Virus record (IMG/VR): IMGVR_UViG_3300012942_000119
Coordinates: 1-27,348 of that record
DNA: 27,348 nucleotides
DNA from: a virus
Taxonomy: Duplodnaviria; Caudoviricetes
Strand: one strand, 5' to 3'
Position numbers and translations under genes: made by a program. Positions 16,438 to 25,332 of this stretch are shown piece by piece. Each line of letters opens with the position of its first letter. Position 1 is the first letter of the stretch. Under the pieces are notes generated by a model that saw only the letters and a program-made list of their open reading frames with translations, ran no database searches and was not told where the DNA came from.

Positions 16438-17919
16438 TCAGGCAACGAGCCGGAATTGCGCGAGTAGCGCAAAGATTCGGAGCTGGGCGATCAGCACGCC
16501 AGGCCAGAGCACGTCAACGCGGTTCGGATTGTCTGCGTTGCGCACCACGATCAGCGCCTTGGCAAAAACGTCGCTATTCTGGACAAGCCCCGCGGCTTCG
16601 TCCTGCTGGTAAGCCGCGATCAGGTCAGCGCGAATCACATTGGGCGTCACGATATTGGCGCCCGACGAAAAGCGCGTTCCGTCGTCGGCGAGCTTCACGC
16701 GGGCGTATTTGCTGGTGACGACGACCCGCAGGTGCCGTAACACAGTCGCGAGCGTAAAGAGGGTTTCCGCTTCGAGATAACTGTCGTCAGGCTGGCCCCA
16801 TGCGTTGCGCTGATAGGTCGAAATCAGGTTTTCGATGGATACCGTGCCGTCATCGGCAACGGTGAAAGTCGAAATCCCGTCGTATAGCAGCGCGTTACGG
16901 TCGGACAGCACAAAGCGCGATTGCACCGGCGGCGCGAGCACGCCACGCAAGGGCAAGGTCTGTAGCGGGGTTGCCGGATCAGCGCGCAAACTGACTGCCG
17001 ATGCACCGGCCAGCGATGCCGCCCACAGCCACGCGGGCGTAGGCGAATCGTTGAAGCCCATCATTGACGCGTGCTGGTCATTGCGCGCGGTGCGGATGGC
17101 GACGAGCCCGCCAAGCGTGCCGCGTGCGGCCGTGAATGCGTGGCCGTACAGCATCTGTTGCCATGACCACCGGCCGTTGATGTCATCGAGAAAATCCCGG
17201 GTCGCGTCGAGCGATGCCGGATCGGTGTACGGGCAGACGATGAAATCGAAAGGCATATCGCAGAGCGCATCGAAAGCGGCGGCCAGATCGGGTGCGGTTG
17301 CGCCGCCCGCCATCGGCGTAATCGTGTACGCCATGCCCTGGGGCGCGACCTCACCGCCGGGCGTGCCGCGATAGTTCACCCGCAGGTCGATTTCATTGCC
17401 GCACGGCCCCTTGTTGCGTGCCGTAAAGCTCACCGTGCCGCCACTCGCGCTGACCGTTACCGGCATGCCGGGTTGTGCCTGGATCGTCGCGACGAGCGCC
17501 GCAGCGATGTTGTTGGCGGTCTGCGTGGGCTGCACCGGCTGCGCGATCCGCATGCCGGCGACATATACGGAAAACGTGCCCGCTGCGCTCGGCGCGGCGG
17601 TGATTTCGAGCGTGCCCGTGGCCGCTGTTGCGCCCGGCGCATCCGCGAGCGGCAAATACCACACTTCGCCAAATGAATCGTTCGCGCGGTACGCGGACAG
17701 CATTAGCGCGAGCATGGAGCCATCGCCGCCCGCGGTGATCGCATCGCCGCTGCCTTGGCTGATTGCGGGAATGTTCGGCGGCGCGGTGCCCGACGCGGTT
17801 ATCTGGCCGAGGATCAGCGCGCGTTGCGTCGTCTGCGCGGTGTTCGCATAACTGTTGTCGACTTCGGCATAGAACAGCGGGACACGGATACTCGCGGGGA
17901 TTTGATGAAACGGGATCAT
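16438..17919 (-). CDS. tail sheath protein (Mu gpL-like)
   Basis: RVPLFYAEVDNS, GRWSWQQMLYGH, RNALLYDGIST, YQRNAWGQPDDSYL and QLRIFALLAQF motifs. Confidence 0.95.
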   Translation of the reverse strand: MIPFHQIPASIRVPLFYAEVDNSYANTAQTTQRALILGQITASGTAPPNIPAISQGSGDAITAGGDGSMLALMLSAYRANDSFGEVWYLPLADAPGATAATGTLEITAAPSAAGTFSVYVAGMRIAQPVQPTQTANNIAAALVATIQAQPGMPVTVSASGGTVSFTARNKGPCGNEIDLRVNYRGTPGGEVAPQGMAYTITPMAGGATAPDLAAAFDALCDMPFDFIVCPYTDPASLDATRDFLDDINGRWSWQQMLYGHAFTAARGTLGGLVAIRTARNDQHASMMGFNDSPTPAWLWAASLAGASAVSLRADPATPLQTLPLRGVLAPPVQSRFVLSDRNALLYDGISTFTVADDGTVSIENLISTYQRNAWGQPDDSYLEAETLFTLATVLRHLRVVVTSKYARVKLADDGTRFSSGANIVTPNVIRADLIAAYQQDEAAGLVQNSDVFAKALIVVRNADNPNRVDVLWPGVLIAQLRIFALLAQFRLVA

Positions 17920-18176
17920 GGTTTCGCCCCCGTATCGTTCGCGGCGTCAGCGGTCGTCGTGCGTCGGGCGGGCGTCGTGCGCGCGGACACGTCCCGCGCG
18001 GGCGTGGCGGTATCCGATACGGATGGCGGTGAAGCGTCGAGGGCTACGTCACCGTCACGCAGGCGACGCCGCCAGAATGGCGAATCCGGTACGCTGCGCG
18101 CGGCGGTAATGAGGTCGTGCAGATCCGGATCGCGCACGACACGGCCCGCAACCGGGCGGATGCATAGCGTTTGCAT
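17916..18176 (-). CDS. DUF2635-like small protein (Mu gp38-like)
   Basis: IRPVAGRVVRDP...FWRRRLRDGDV; start re-called at ATG 18176 with AAGGA RBS; ATGA overlap with the sheath. Confidence 0.82.
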   Translation of the reverse strand: MQTLCIRPVAGRVVRDPDLHDLITAARSVPDSPFWRRRLRDGDVALDASPPSVSDTATPARDVSARTTPARRTTTADAANDTGAKP

Positions 18177-18195
18177 GGCGGGTTCCTTCGCGGCG

Positions 18196-18834
18196 CTAGT
18201 TGCCGGCGAGGTCTTGCGGCGGGATATCGAGCGTTCCCTCGTCGCGTCCGTCCGGGCCACACGTGCGCGGTGCGGGCGTGACGGATGCGGGAAAGGCCGG
18301 GTCGGGATAGGTGCCGGAGGGATCGGCGGGCGCGATCAGGTCAGCGTGAATGCCGATGCGTTCGAGCGGCACGGCGACGGGTTGCAGCGCAGGTGGCGTG
18401 TCGGCGAACGGATTAAACGCAATGAAATATTCGAGTTCCAGCGACATACGCAGATCGGCGATATGAACGCGACCGGTCGCGTCGAATTCCATCGTCGTGT
18501 CGATCGTTCGTACCTGCTGGATTTGTTTCAGCAGCGCTGTACAGGTCAGTAACGCACATTCCATTTCATCGCAAAGCCGCTCACATGCCTCGCGCGCCGC
18601 GACCGCGTTGTCCTTCTCGATGCGCGCGTTAATGTCGAGCGTTGCTGTCGCGGTAAATGCGGGCGGTTCCTGGCCGATGGATTCCTTGTGGTCCGCGAGG
18701 CAGTCAACGAGCACACACGGGTAGCACCGCACCGTAGGCCAGTCGCGCGGGGTATAGACCCGTTCCTCCGCGATCGTCTGCGCGCGGCGTAATACATCGG
18801 CCGCGATATCGCGTAGCAATGAACGGTGCAGCAT
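18196..18834 (-). CDS. putative tail terminator / completion protein
   Basis: Position between head-tail joining gene and sheath; RVYTPRDWPT...YPCVLV pattern. Confidence 0.7.
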   Translation of the reverse strand: MLHRSLLRDIAADVLRRAQTIAEERVYTPRDWPTVRCYPCVLVDCLADHKESIGQEPPAFTATATLDINARIEKDNAVAAREACERLCDEMECALLTCTALLKQIQQVRTIDTTMEFDATGRVHIADLRMSLELEYFIAFNPFADTPPALQPVAVPLERIGIHADLIAPADPSGTYPDPAFPASVTPAPRTCGPDGRDEGTLDIPPQDLAGN

Positions 18835-18849
18835 GGCAGCGACGGTGCA

Positions 18850-19200
18850 TCAATCGCCCGTACCGATCCAGTTAAGCATGAGCTTTGCCGCGCCGTGACC
18901 ATCGAGGCGCACTTCCTGCACGGCGTACACGTTGCCGGTGCGATGCACGGTCAGCATGTCACCCTGACGTGGCGGCGTGTCGCCGAACTGGACGAGTCGC
19001 ACGCCGCACACCGGGCGTTCGGTCGTGTACGCGAGCACGCCACCCTGCGGAATCAGTTCGCGATACGCTTCGTCAAAAATGCCACCGATGGCGAGCGCTT
19101 CGCCGACGCCGCAGCGCGTATAGGCAATGCCTTCCGCGAAGTGAGCGAACAGCGTCTCGAGGATCTGACCGTCGAAATCATCGGGGACCGCCAACGGCAT
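18850..19200 (-). CDS. head-tail joining protein (lambda gpFII-like)
   Basis: GIFDEAY, PRQGDML, YAVQEVRLDGHG motifs; synteny. Confidence 0.75.
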   Translation of the reverse strand: MPLAVPDDFDGQILETLFAHFAEGIAYTRCGVGEALAIGGIFDEAYRELIPQGGVLAYTTERPVCGVRLVQFGDTPPRQGDMLTVHRTGNVYAVQEVRLDGHGAAKLMLNWIGTGD

Positions 19201-19202
19201 GA

Positions 19203-19463
19203 CTAGCGACGCTTCACCGTTGGTCCGCTGCGCGTTTCGACTGTCGGTCCCTGGGTGCGGGCCTTTTCCTGGGCGGTAGCCCGCGCCACATCGCGCGGCG
19301 GGGCGATGAATCCACGCGCGCGCAGGCGGGCAACGTCGGCCGCTGGCAGCGACACGGTATGACCAGCTGAATAGGTCTTGCCCCCGTGCCGGATCGAATG
19401 CCCGTGCGCGACGGTGACGGTTTCAGTCTTGCCGTCAGTGCGGGTTACGGCTGGCGTATTCAT
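19203..19463 (-). CDS. small capsid-adjacent protein (gpFI position)
   Basis: SIRHGGKTYSAGHTVSLPAADVARLRARG; directly after the capsid gene; RBS present. Confidence 0.7.
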   Translation of the reverse strand: MNTPAVTRTDGKTETVTVAHGHSIRHGGKTYSAGHTVSLPAADVARLRARGFIAPPRDVARATAQEKARTQGPTVETRSGPTVKRR

Positions 19464-19490
19464 GGTTTCACCCTTCTGCTGTTCGGCTGG

Positions 19491-20570
19491 CTATTCCGGC
19501 TCCGGTTCGGGTTCGGGCTCTGGCTCCGGTTCGGGCTCCGCTTCGGGCTCGCAGACGGTCGCGCACAGTGCCGCATTCACGCGGGACGGAATCACGATCG
19601 GCGAAGACTGCATCATCAGGAACCGTTGCGGCGGGTCTTCGGCGATCCAGATCTTCGGCGCGTAAGGCAACGCCTGATAATTGAATTTCGGGTCGAGAAT
19701 CTGGCCGAAGGCGCGGGTTCCCATCAGGTCGGGTCCGGCGAGGATAACGACACCATCGGGCAACATCGGATATTCGATATCGTCGTCTCCCACATACCAG
19801 TCGTTATAAATCCACAGCGAATACTGACCCCACCGGCCCTTGTAGATCGCGCCAGTGGTGATCTGTGCACCTGGGTCAATCGCGTTACCAAAGTCCGAAA
19901 GTTTCGGATAGTAGACAGCGGCCTTCACCGTTTCGTCGGCGATGAAAAATCGCCATGCGGTCGTCGTAAAGATCAGGTCCGACACCTGCGCGCCGCTCTT
20001 TTTCAGAATCAGGCGTTGCCACAGTTCGATATCCATGTTCGGCGATGCGCCTGGCTGTCCCCATTGTGACGTGCCGGATAGCGCCACCGTCAATAGCGGA
20101 TCGCGCCCAAAGTCGACCAGCGCAGGTGGAAAGCCGTCGCCTTCGATCAGTACCGTTCCCGTCATTAGCGCCTGGGCGGCCATCCATTCGAGGCGGCGAT
20201 CCAGCAAATCAATCTGGTCTGTCATTTCGGCCGCGATGTTCGCCGCCGCGCGTTCCTCGCCGCTCAGCACGCCGCCGATGCGCTCGCCGATCATGCGGCG
20301 GATTGGCTTGCGCAGATCAGGCGCGCGCTTGTCCTTGATGTACGCCGGTTTGAATGTATTTGTCTGGTAGCGTCGCTGCTCAACGAGCCGCCCTTCGAGC
20401 AGCGGCGACACAAACGGCGACATGCGCCGTTTGCCCACGTCCACGTCAATGCTCACTTCTTCGGTGTCGCTGGTTACGACGTTTGGAAAGAAGCGGTCGA
20501 GCAGAAATTTTTGCGGGCGCTTGAGATTCGGGACGACGAGAATCAGCGCATTGGTGTCGTAGATATTCAT
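19491..20570 (-). CDS. major capsid protein, lambda gpE family
   Basis: FLLDRFF, RMSPFVSP, FKPAYIKDK, RRLEWMAAQAL and MMQSSPIVIP motifs; start re-called at MNIYDT with GGGGAG RBS. Confidence 0.94.
   Translation of the reverse strand: MNIYDTNALILVVPNLKRPQKFLLDRFFPNVVTSDTEEVSIDVDVGKRRMSPFVSPLLEGRLVEQRRYQTNTFKPAYIKDKRAPDLRKPIRRMIGERIGGVLSGEERAAANIAAEMTDQIDLLDRRLEWMAAQALMTGTVLIEGDGFPPALVDFGRDPLLTVALSGTSQWGQPGASPNMDIELWQRLILKKSGAQVSDLIFTTTAWRFFIADETVKAAVYYPKLSDFGNAIDPGAQITTGAIYKGRWGQYSLWIYNDWYVGDDDIEYPMLPDGVVILAGPDLMGTRAFGQILDPKFNYQALPYAPKIWIAEDPPQRFLMMQSSPIVIPSRVNAALCATVCEPEAEPEPEPEPEPEPEPE
19494..19550 (-). repeat. 6-bp-period coding repeat, (EP)n tail of the capsid protein
   Basis: EPEAEPEPEPEPEPEPEPE immediately before the TAG stop. 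Confidence 0.95.
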
Positions 20571-20594
20571 GATCGGTACTCCCCAGGCGCGCGC

Positions 20595-20633
20595 AAAATA
20601 AAAGCCCGCACCGGTTTTGCACCGGGCGGGCTT
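20595..20633 (-). terminator. intrinsic terminator between decoration and capsid genes
   Basis: Minus strand AAGCCCGC-CCGGT-gcaaa-ACCGG-t-GCGGGCTT then TTATTTT; second hairpin GCCGCCG-N6-CGGCGGC at 20638-20657. Confidence 0.75.
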
Positions 20634-20667
20634 CAATGCCGCCGAAGCGACGGCGGCGGAGACTCAG

Positions 20668-21060
20668 TCAGGCAGGGTCGGCAGCAGAAACGGACGGCTT
20701 GATGAAAATCGAGAACGCGCGCAATGCGTCACTTGCGGCAGCGAGCGCCAGCGACGGATCGAGAATCAGCGCGCGGGCATTGAACTGCCCGGCGAGATAA
20801 ACGCCGCCCGCCACTGCGCCGCCCGTGCTGTCTACATCGTCGGCTAGGATCGCGTTGGCACTCGGCCCGGTTCCGGTTGCGGTGTTGTACGTGCCATCCG
20901 TCTGTTTCGCCAGCACGGTCCCGCGTTTCAGTTGCAGCCCAGCGCCGAATTGTGCGGCCCCCGTGACCAGCTTGAAATCGCCGGCAATGAGCTGGTCAGG
21001 AACATAGACGCTATCCACCATCCCGGGCATAAACGGGTTGTCGCTATACGTGGTCGTCAT
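20668..21060 (-). CDS. head decoration protein (lambda gpD-like)
   Basis: YVPDQLIAG, LKRGTVLA, AILADDVD, VYLAGQFN motifs; upstream of the capsid. Confidence 0.9.
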   Translation of the reverse strand: MTTTYSDNPFMPGMVDSVYVPDQLIAGDFKLVTGAAQFGAGLQLKRGTVLAKQTDGTYNTATGTGPSANAILADDVDSTGGAVAGGVYLAGQFNARALILDPSLALAAASDALRAFSIFIKPSVSAADPA

Positions 21061-21074
21061 GATGGGTACTCCGG

Positions 21075-21746
21075 TTACGCTTCACCGCGCGCGCGGCGCG
21101 ACGCGGAGAGAATCAGCGCGGCGGCGGCCTGTGGCCCGTCGCGATCCACAGCGCCGCCGTCACTGCCGATTGCCGGAAGCGATACAGCGGACATGCGTGC
21201 ATGCAGCGTGTCCGCGTTCGCGCCGCGCGATCCGTTGTCGGCCGCAATCGCCGTCAGCAGCGCGACCGCATCGGCGCTCGCCATGCCCGTCTCGAACGCG
21301 AGGTGGGCGGCTACGTCGGGACGATGGCCCGCCGCGGTACAGCGGAAAATCCGCGCGCACCGCGCGCGTTCCGCAAGCCGTGCGCGCTTTGCACCGCGGG
21401 CGTCGCCTTCGGCGCGGGCTTCGTCGCCTTCGCCGTCGTCCTGCGCGCGTGCCTTCCTGCTGCGCTTGATCTTGCGTGAACGGCCCTTGTTTTCGTCGTC
21501 TTCGTCAGCGTCGCCGTCTTCGCTGCCTTCTTCGTCGTCGTCGCGGTCGTCGTCTTCCTCGGCGCGCGCACGCGAGGCGTCGGCCGCATGCGCGCCTTTT
21601 CCGCCTCGGCTGTCGTCTTCGTCGTCCTTGTCGTCGTCTTCCGCGCGTGCGCTGTCGTCGTCCTTGCGGTCGTCGTCTTCGGCGCGCGCAGCGAACGGGC
21701 CGAGCAGATGCGCAAAGCGTGCGGCGGTAGTGTGAAATGCGCCCAT
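21075..21746 (-). CDS. putative capsid scaffolding protein
   Basis: Between protease and decoration genes; acidic low-complexity N-half; AERARCARIF...AAHLAFETGM; start re-called at MGAFHT with GGGGG RBS. Confidence 0.7.
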   Translation of the reverse strand: MGAFHTTAARFAHLLGPFAARAEDDDRKDDDSARAEDDDKDDEDDSRGGKGAHAADASRARAEEDDDRDDDEEGSEDGDADEDDENKGRSRKIKRSRKARAQDDGEGDEARAEGDARGAKRARLAERARCARIFRCTAAGHRPDVAAHLAFETGMASADAVALLTAIAADNGSRGANADTLHARMSAVSLPAIGSDGGAVDRDGPQAAAALILSASRRARGEA

Positions 21747-21762
21747 GATTGCCCCCTGTCTC

Positions 21763-22647
21763 TCAGAGTGTCCGCAGCAGTGCGGCGAATGCTTCGTCCG
21801 GTGCCTGGAGGGCATCCGCGAGTCCCACCGCAACACCACGCGGGCCCGTGAACGTCGCGGCCTGCATCGCGCGGATGGCATCGAAAGAAACGCCGCGATT
21901 GCGCGCGACCGTCGCCGCGAATAGTTCGCCCATTGCGTCAATCTCCGTCTGGGCGCGTTCACGCGCCTCGGGCGACAGCGGTAGCTCCGGGCATCCGTCG
22001 AGCTTGCGGTCGCCCCAGGTGACGAACGTCACTTCTAGTCCCTCGCCGTCGAGTGCGCGGGACCAGTCAACATGCATCCAGACGACGCCGATTGAACCAG
22101 TGCCGCCCGTGCGGGGCACTGTGATTCGATCCGCCGCACTCGCAATGGCATATGCGCCGCTAAAAGCGCTTTCGGCGAGAATCGCCCACATGGGCTTCGT
22201 GCCGCGCGTGCCGTAAATGGTGTCGGTCAGGTCGAACGCGCCCGCGACTTCGCCGCCCGGCGAGTCGATATCGAAGACGATGGCACGCACGCGTGGATCG
22301 ACAAGCGCGCCCAGGTAGTTCTGGCGGATGCCGTCATATCCGGTCATGCCGGATTCGGGTTGCAGCGTGCCGAGCCGATGCACAAGGGTTCCATGTACCG
22401 GAATCACGGCGACGCCCGCCACCACGTCGTAACCGGACGCTGACGAAGCGATACGGCGGGAGGTTTCGCCGTCGTCGGCAAACGCACGAGCGGCGTCTGC
22501 AGGGTGCCCTCCGGTCGTGATTCGCGTAATGCCGAGCCGGTCAGCGAGTACCGCAACGATGATTTCTGCCTTTGCCGGATGGATCGCGAGCGGCACGTTG
22601 AAAAGCCGCTGCGCGAGATACGCAAAGCGCGTAGGCGCGTCGTTCAC
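21763..22647 (-). CDS. S49-family prohead protease (lambda gpC-like)
   Basis: FDIDSPGGEVAG, AFSGAYAIASAA, GSIGV and GDRKLDG motifs; start taken at GTG 22647. Confidence 0.92.
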   Translation of the reverse strand: MNDAPTRFAYLAQRLFNVPLAIHPAKAEIIVAVLADRLGITRITTGGHPADAARAFADDGETSRRIASSASGYDVVAGVAVIPVHGTLVHRLGTLQPESGMTGYDGIRQNYLGALVDPRVRAIVFDIDSPGGEVAGAFDLTDTIYGTRGTKPMWAILAESAFSGAYAIASAADRITVPRTGGTGSIGVVWMHVDWSRALDGEGLEVTFVTWGDRKLDGCPELPLSPEARERAQTEIDAMGELFAATVARNRGVSFDAIRAMQAATFTGPRGVAVGLADALQAPDEAFAALLRTL

Positions 22648-22649
22648 GG

Positions 22650-24284
22650 TTATTGCGCCTGCGGTGATTTTGGCGCGCGCGCGGCTTCCGTCGCGGCTAT
22701 CGGCGCGGCCCACTGCGGAAGGGGCAAATCACGTTCGCGGAACGCGTCGATTTCGCGCTTACGCTGGTCAAGCATGTCTTCCCAGTCTTCCCCCGTGTTT
22801 TCGGCACATTCGATCTCGAGCGTGGATAGTCCCGCATCCATGCCGAGCACCGCTCCCTGTTTTTCCGCGACCGGATCGATCCAGCCACGACCGGGGCCGA
22901 TCCAGGTACAGCGCGAATACGCGCCCCGTGCTTCAATGTATGCGGGCGCATTCCTTGGCAGCGGCAGGTCGTCCACCTCAAACGATTCCTCAACGAACGC
23001 CGAGCGCACCGGGTACGCGAAGCCGTTCGCAAAATCGGCTCGGCGACGGCTCAGCGTCTTCCAGGCTTCGAGCAGGCCCGCGCGAGCGCTCGAATAGTTC
23101 ACGTCTGACCAGTCCTGCGAAAGCTGCTGTGCCGATACGCCGAGGCACGCGGCGACGTTGCGCAGCGCCGCGCCTTCGAAGTCGTGAAAATTCGAGCTCG
23201 GCCGCGCGGCGCTAACCGTGTTGATTTTCTCGCCCGTGAACAGCGCGGGAATTCGCACGCCGCCGAGCAACAGCCGCCGCTGGTCGTGAAACTCACTGCG
23301 TAGCTGTTGATAGCCCTTGAGTTCGACGCAATCGCCCAGCGCGTCTTCGACAAACGACGGGTCGAACGGGCTTTCAATGTATGCACTGAAAATCGCGTTC
23401 ACGATGGCCGATTCAAGTTCGGTCGCGTCGTACTTGATAAGCATTTTCAGCCGGTCGAGCACGGGCGTAAAAACGCCGGCACCGCCGCGGTGCTGGTCGG
23501 CGCGGTCGTGTTCGAAGTCGTGAACGATGATCGGACGGCCCCAGGCCGTTTCGCGGGGTACGCGTTGCCACTGCATCGCCTGCGGCCCGGCGAACCAGTC
23601 GGATGGATGCGCTTCGCGAATCCAGTACGCGACGGCCGCGCCGCGCAGGTCGATTTCGACACCGCCGCGCGTGCTGATCTGGTCGAACATCATGTACGGA
23701 TTCGACAGCCTGTCAGGGTCGATCAGTTGCAGGGCGGTCGCGTATTGAGCGCGGCCCGGCACGACGCGTTCCGGCAGCCAGTGCAGCATGGCGAGCGCGT
23801 CGCCGTCGATCAGCTTGTGGCGGAACGCAAGGCGGAAAATCTGCGACACCGTGAGATTGCGCTGCACATCGCAATAGCGGTTTACGTCGTTGGCCCATGC
23901 CCGCCAACGTGCGTCAAGCGCGTGGCCGAATTCGTCGGCCCAGGTGTCGTCAAACGCGGGATTGCCGCTCAGGTATGCCAGCGCGCGAAAGTCGGGTTTC
24001 GACACCGGCCGGAAGTTCGCGCCGATGGCGTTGTCGAGAATGCGCGTAACGCCACCGCTAGCCCATCCGTCATTGCGTACTAGATCGCGAACGCGTGAAA
24101 CGATGCGATCACGAAATGGATTTAGCTCTACGTCCGGCGAACCGAGCCAAGGCGTCCATGCGGCGAGGTCCGGGTGCGTTGCGTCGGCGGCGTCATACGG
24201 CAGCGAGCCCGCGAGCATCGACACGACGCGGGAATGTTCGGGGAATGGCCGTCCGTCAGCATCGAGGATCTGAACAGCGGACAT
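22650..24284 (-). CDS. portal protein, lambda family
   Basis: RVRDLVRNDGWA, LQLIDPDRL, GGVEID, DWSDVNYSSARA and GRGWIDPVAE motifs. Confidence 0.95.
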   Translation of the reverse strand: MSAVQILDADGRPFPEHSRVVSMLAGSLPYDAADATHPDLAAWTPWLGSPDVELNPFRDRIVSRVRDLVRNDGWASGGVTRILDNAIGANFRPVSKPDFRALAYLSGNPAFDDTWADEFGHALDARWRAWANDVNRYCDVQRNLTVSQIFRLAFRHKLIDGDALAMLHWLPERVVPGRAQYATALQLIDPDRLSNPYMMFDQISTRGGVEIDLRGAAVAYWIREAHPSDWFAGPQAMQWQRVPRETAWGRPIIVHDFEHDRADQHRGGAGVFTPVLDRLKMLIKYDATELESAIVNAIFSAYIESPFDPSFVEDALGDCVELKGYQQLRSEFHDQRRLLLGGVRIPALFTGEKINTVSAARPSSNFHDFEGAALRNVAACLGVSAQQLSQDWSDVNYSSARAGLLEAWKTLSRRRADFANGFAYPVRSAFVEESFEVDDLPLPRNAPAYIEARGAYSRCTWIGPGRGWIDPVAEKQGAVLGMDAGLSTLEIECAENTGEDWEDMLDQRKREIDAFRERDLPLPQWAAPIAATEAARAPKSPQAQ

Positions 24285-24292
24285 TGCGAACG

Positions 24293-24302
24293 GTGATACG
24301 CT
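24293..24302 (+). promoter_or_regulatory. extended -10-like motif GTGATACGCT, copy 1
   Basis: TGnTACGCT upstream of the DUF72 gene; identical 10-mer at 25294-25303. Confidence 0.5.
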
Positions 24303-24346
24303 AGACGCGGCGAATCGACGGTTAGGCGTTCACGGAGGGGCGAACC

Positions 24347-25231
24347 ATGCGGATCAGGGTCGGCACGGCGCCATGGACAGACAAAACGCTGATAGCGTCA
24401 AAGCGGTTCTATCCCCCCGGCTGTTCAAGCGCCGAGGCCCGGCTCCGCTTCTACGCAACTAAATTCCCACTGGTCGAAGTCGATTCCAGTTATTACGCGA
24501 TGCCGAGCGGCAGCAATGCAGCGTTATGGGCCGAGCGCAAGCCGCCCGATTTCACATTCAACATAAAAGCGTTCCGGCTATTCACCGGACACCAGACGGC
24601 ACGCGACAGTTTCCCGAAGGACATGCAGCCAGCGTTGCCCGACACAGACAAGAAAAACTTCTACTATCGCGACATACCGGCAGAGATTCGGGATGAACTA
24701 TGGCGGCGGTATTTCGAGGCCGTCGAGCCGCTACGAGCGGCGGGCAAACTCGGTGCCATCCTGTTTCAGTTCGCCCCATGGATCACCACCGCACCCGCCG
24801 AGCGCGCACGCGACTACCTCACGGCCTTCGAATTCCGTAACAAGACCTGGTTCGCGGAACGCAATCGCGAATCAACCCTGGCGATGCAGCGCGAGCGCGG
24901 GATTGTCCATGTCATCATGGACGCGCCCGAGGGCGTTTCCAATCGCGCGCACACCGTATGGGAAGTTACTTCGCCAAAGCTCGTCATCGTGCGGCTTCAC
25001 GGACGCAACGCGGAAACGTGGAACGTGAAGGGAGCGACGGCCGCAAGTGATCGTTTCAACTATGATTACTCCGACGCCGAGCTTGGCGAGCTCGCAACGC
25101 GGATTGTCGAAATCGCGAAGCAGGTAGCGCTAACGCACGTGGTGTTCAACAACAATTACGAAGACCAAGGACAGCGGAACGCGCGCAAGCTGATTTCCAT
25201 ATTCGCTGATCTGATTTCCTCATCGCATTAG
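24347..25231 (+). CDS. DUF72 (YecE-like) protein
   Basis: VEVDSSYYAMP, FTFNIKAFRLFTGH, GKLGAILFQF, EFRN, VRLHGRN, RFNYDYS and FNNNYEDQG motifs; GGAGG RBS. Confidence 0.92.
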   Translation: MRIRVGTAPWTDKTLIASKRFYPPGCSSAEARLRFYATKFPLVEVDSSYYAMPSGSNAALWAERKPPDFTFNIKAFRLFTGHQTARDSFPKDMQPALPDTDKKNFYYRDIPAEIRDELWRRYFEAVEPLRAAGKLGAILFQFAPWITTAPAERARDYLTAFEFRNKTWFAERNRESTLAMQRERGIVHVIMDAPEGVSNRAHTVWEVTSPKLVIVRLHGRNAETWNVKGATAASDRFNYDYSDAELGELATRIVEIAKQVALTHVVFNNNYEDQGQRNARKLISIFADLISSSH

Positions 25232-25293
25232 CGTTACACATGCCGTAGGCCGCCCATCGGCATCGAGGGTTCGCACCGCTGAGATGAAGGAAA

Positions 25294-25303
25294 GTGATAC
25301 GCT
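25294..25303 (+). promoter_or_regulatory. extended -10-like motif GTGATACGCT, copy 2
   Basis: Identical to 24293-24302; 29 nt upstream of ATG 25333. Confidence 0.5.
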
Positions 25304-25332
25304 CTTAGGCTGTGTACTTCCTTGGGGTTTCT

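Noticed and set aside
2761-17919. Tailocin or contractile injection system
   Set aside because: Terminase, portal, protease and capsid genes are contiguous with the tail, so this is a head-bearing phage.
19386-20069. Plus-strand ORFs with GSGSGS or FGFGL repeats
   Set aside because: Antisense shadows of the capsid (EP)n repeat.
19494-21689. Short repeats as a possible CRISPR array
   Set aside because: They are in-frame coding low-complexity repeats with no repeat-spacer structure and no cas genes.
21747-21962. N-terminal extension of the scaffold ORF into the protease gene (also the extended starts of capsid, spike, lysin, protease and long fibre)
   Set aside because: Extensions overlap upstream genes or terminators and read as off-frame sequence; downstream starts fit RBS or coupling.
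24321-24327. GTTAGGC integron core-like site upstream of DUF72
   Set aside because: No matching RYYYAAC inverse core or attC-like palindrome after the cargo genes, and no IntI in the window.
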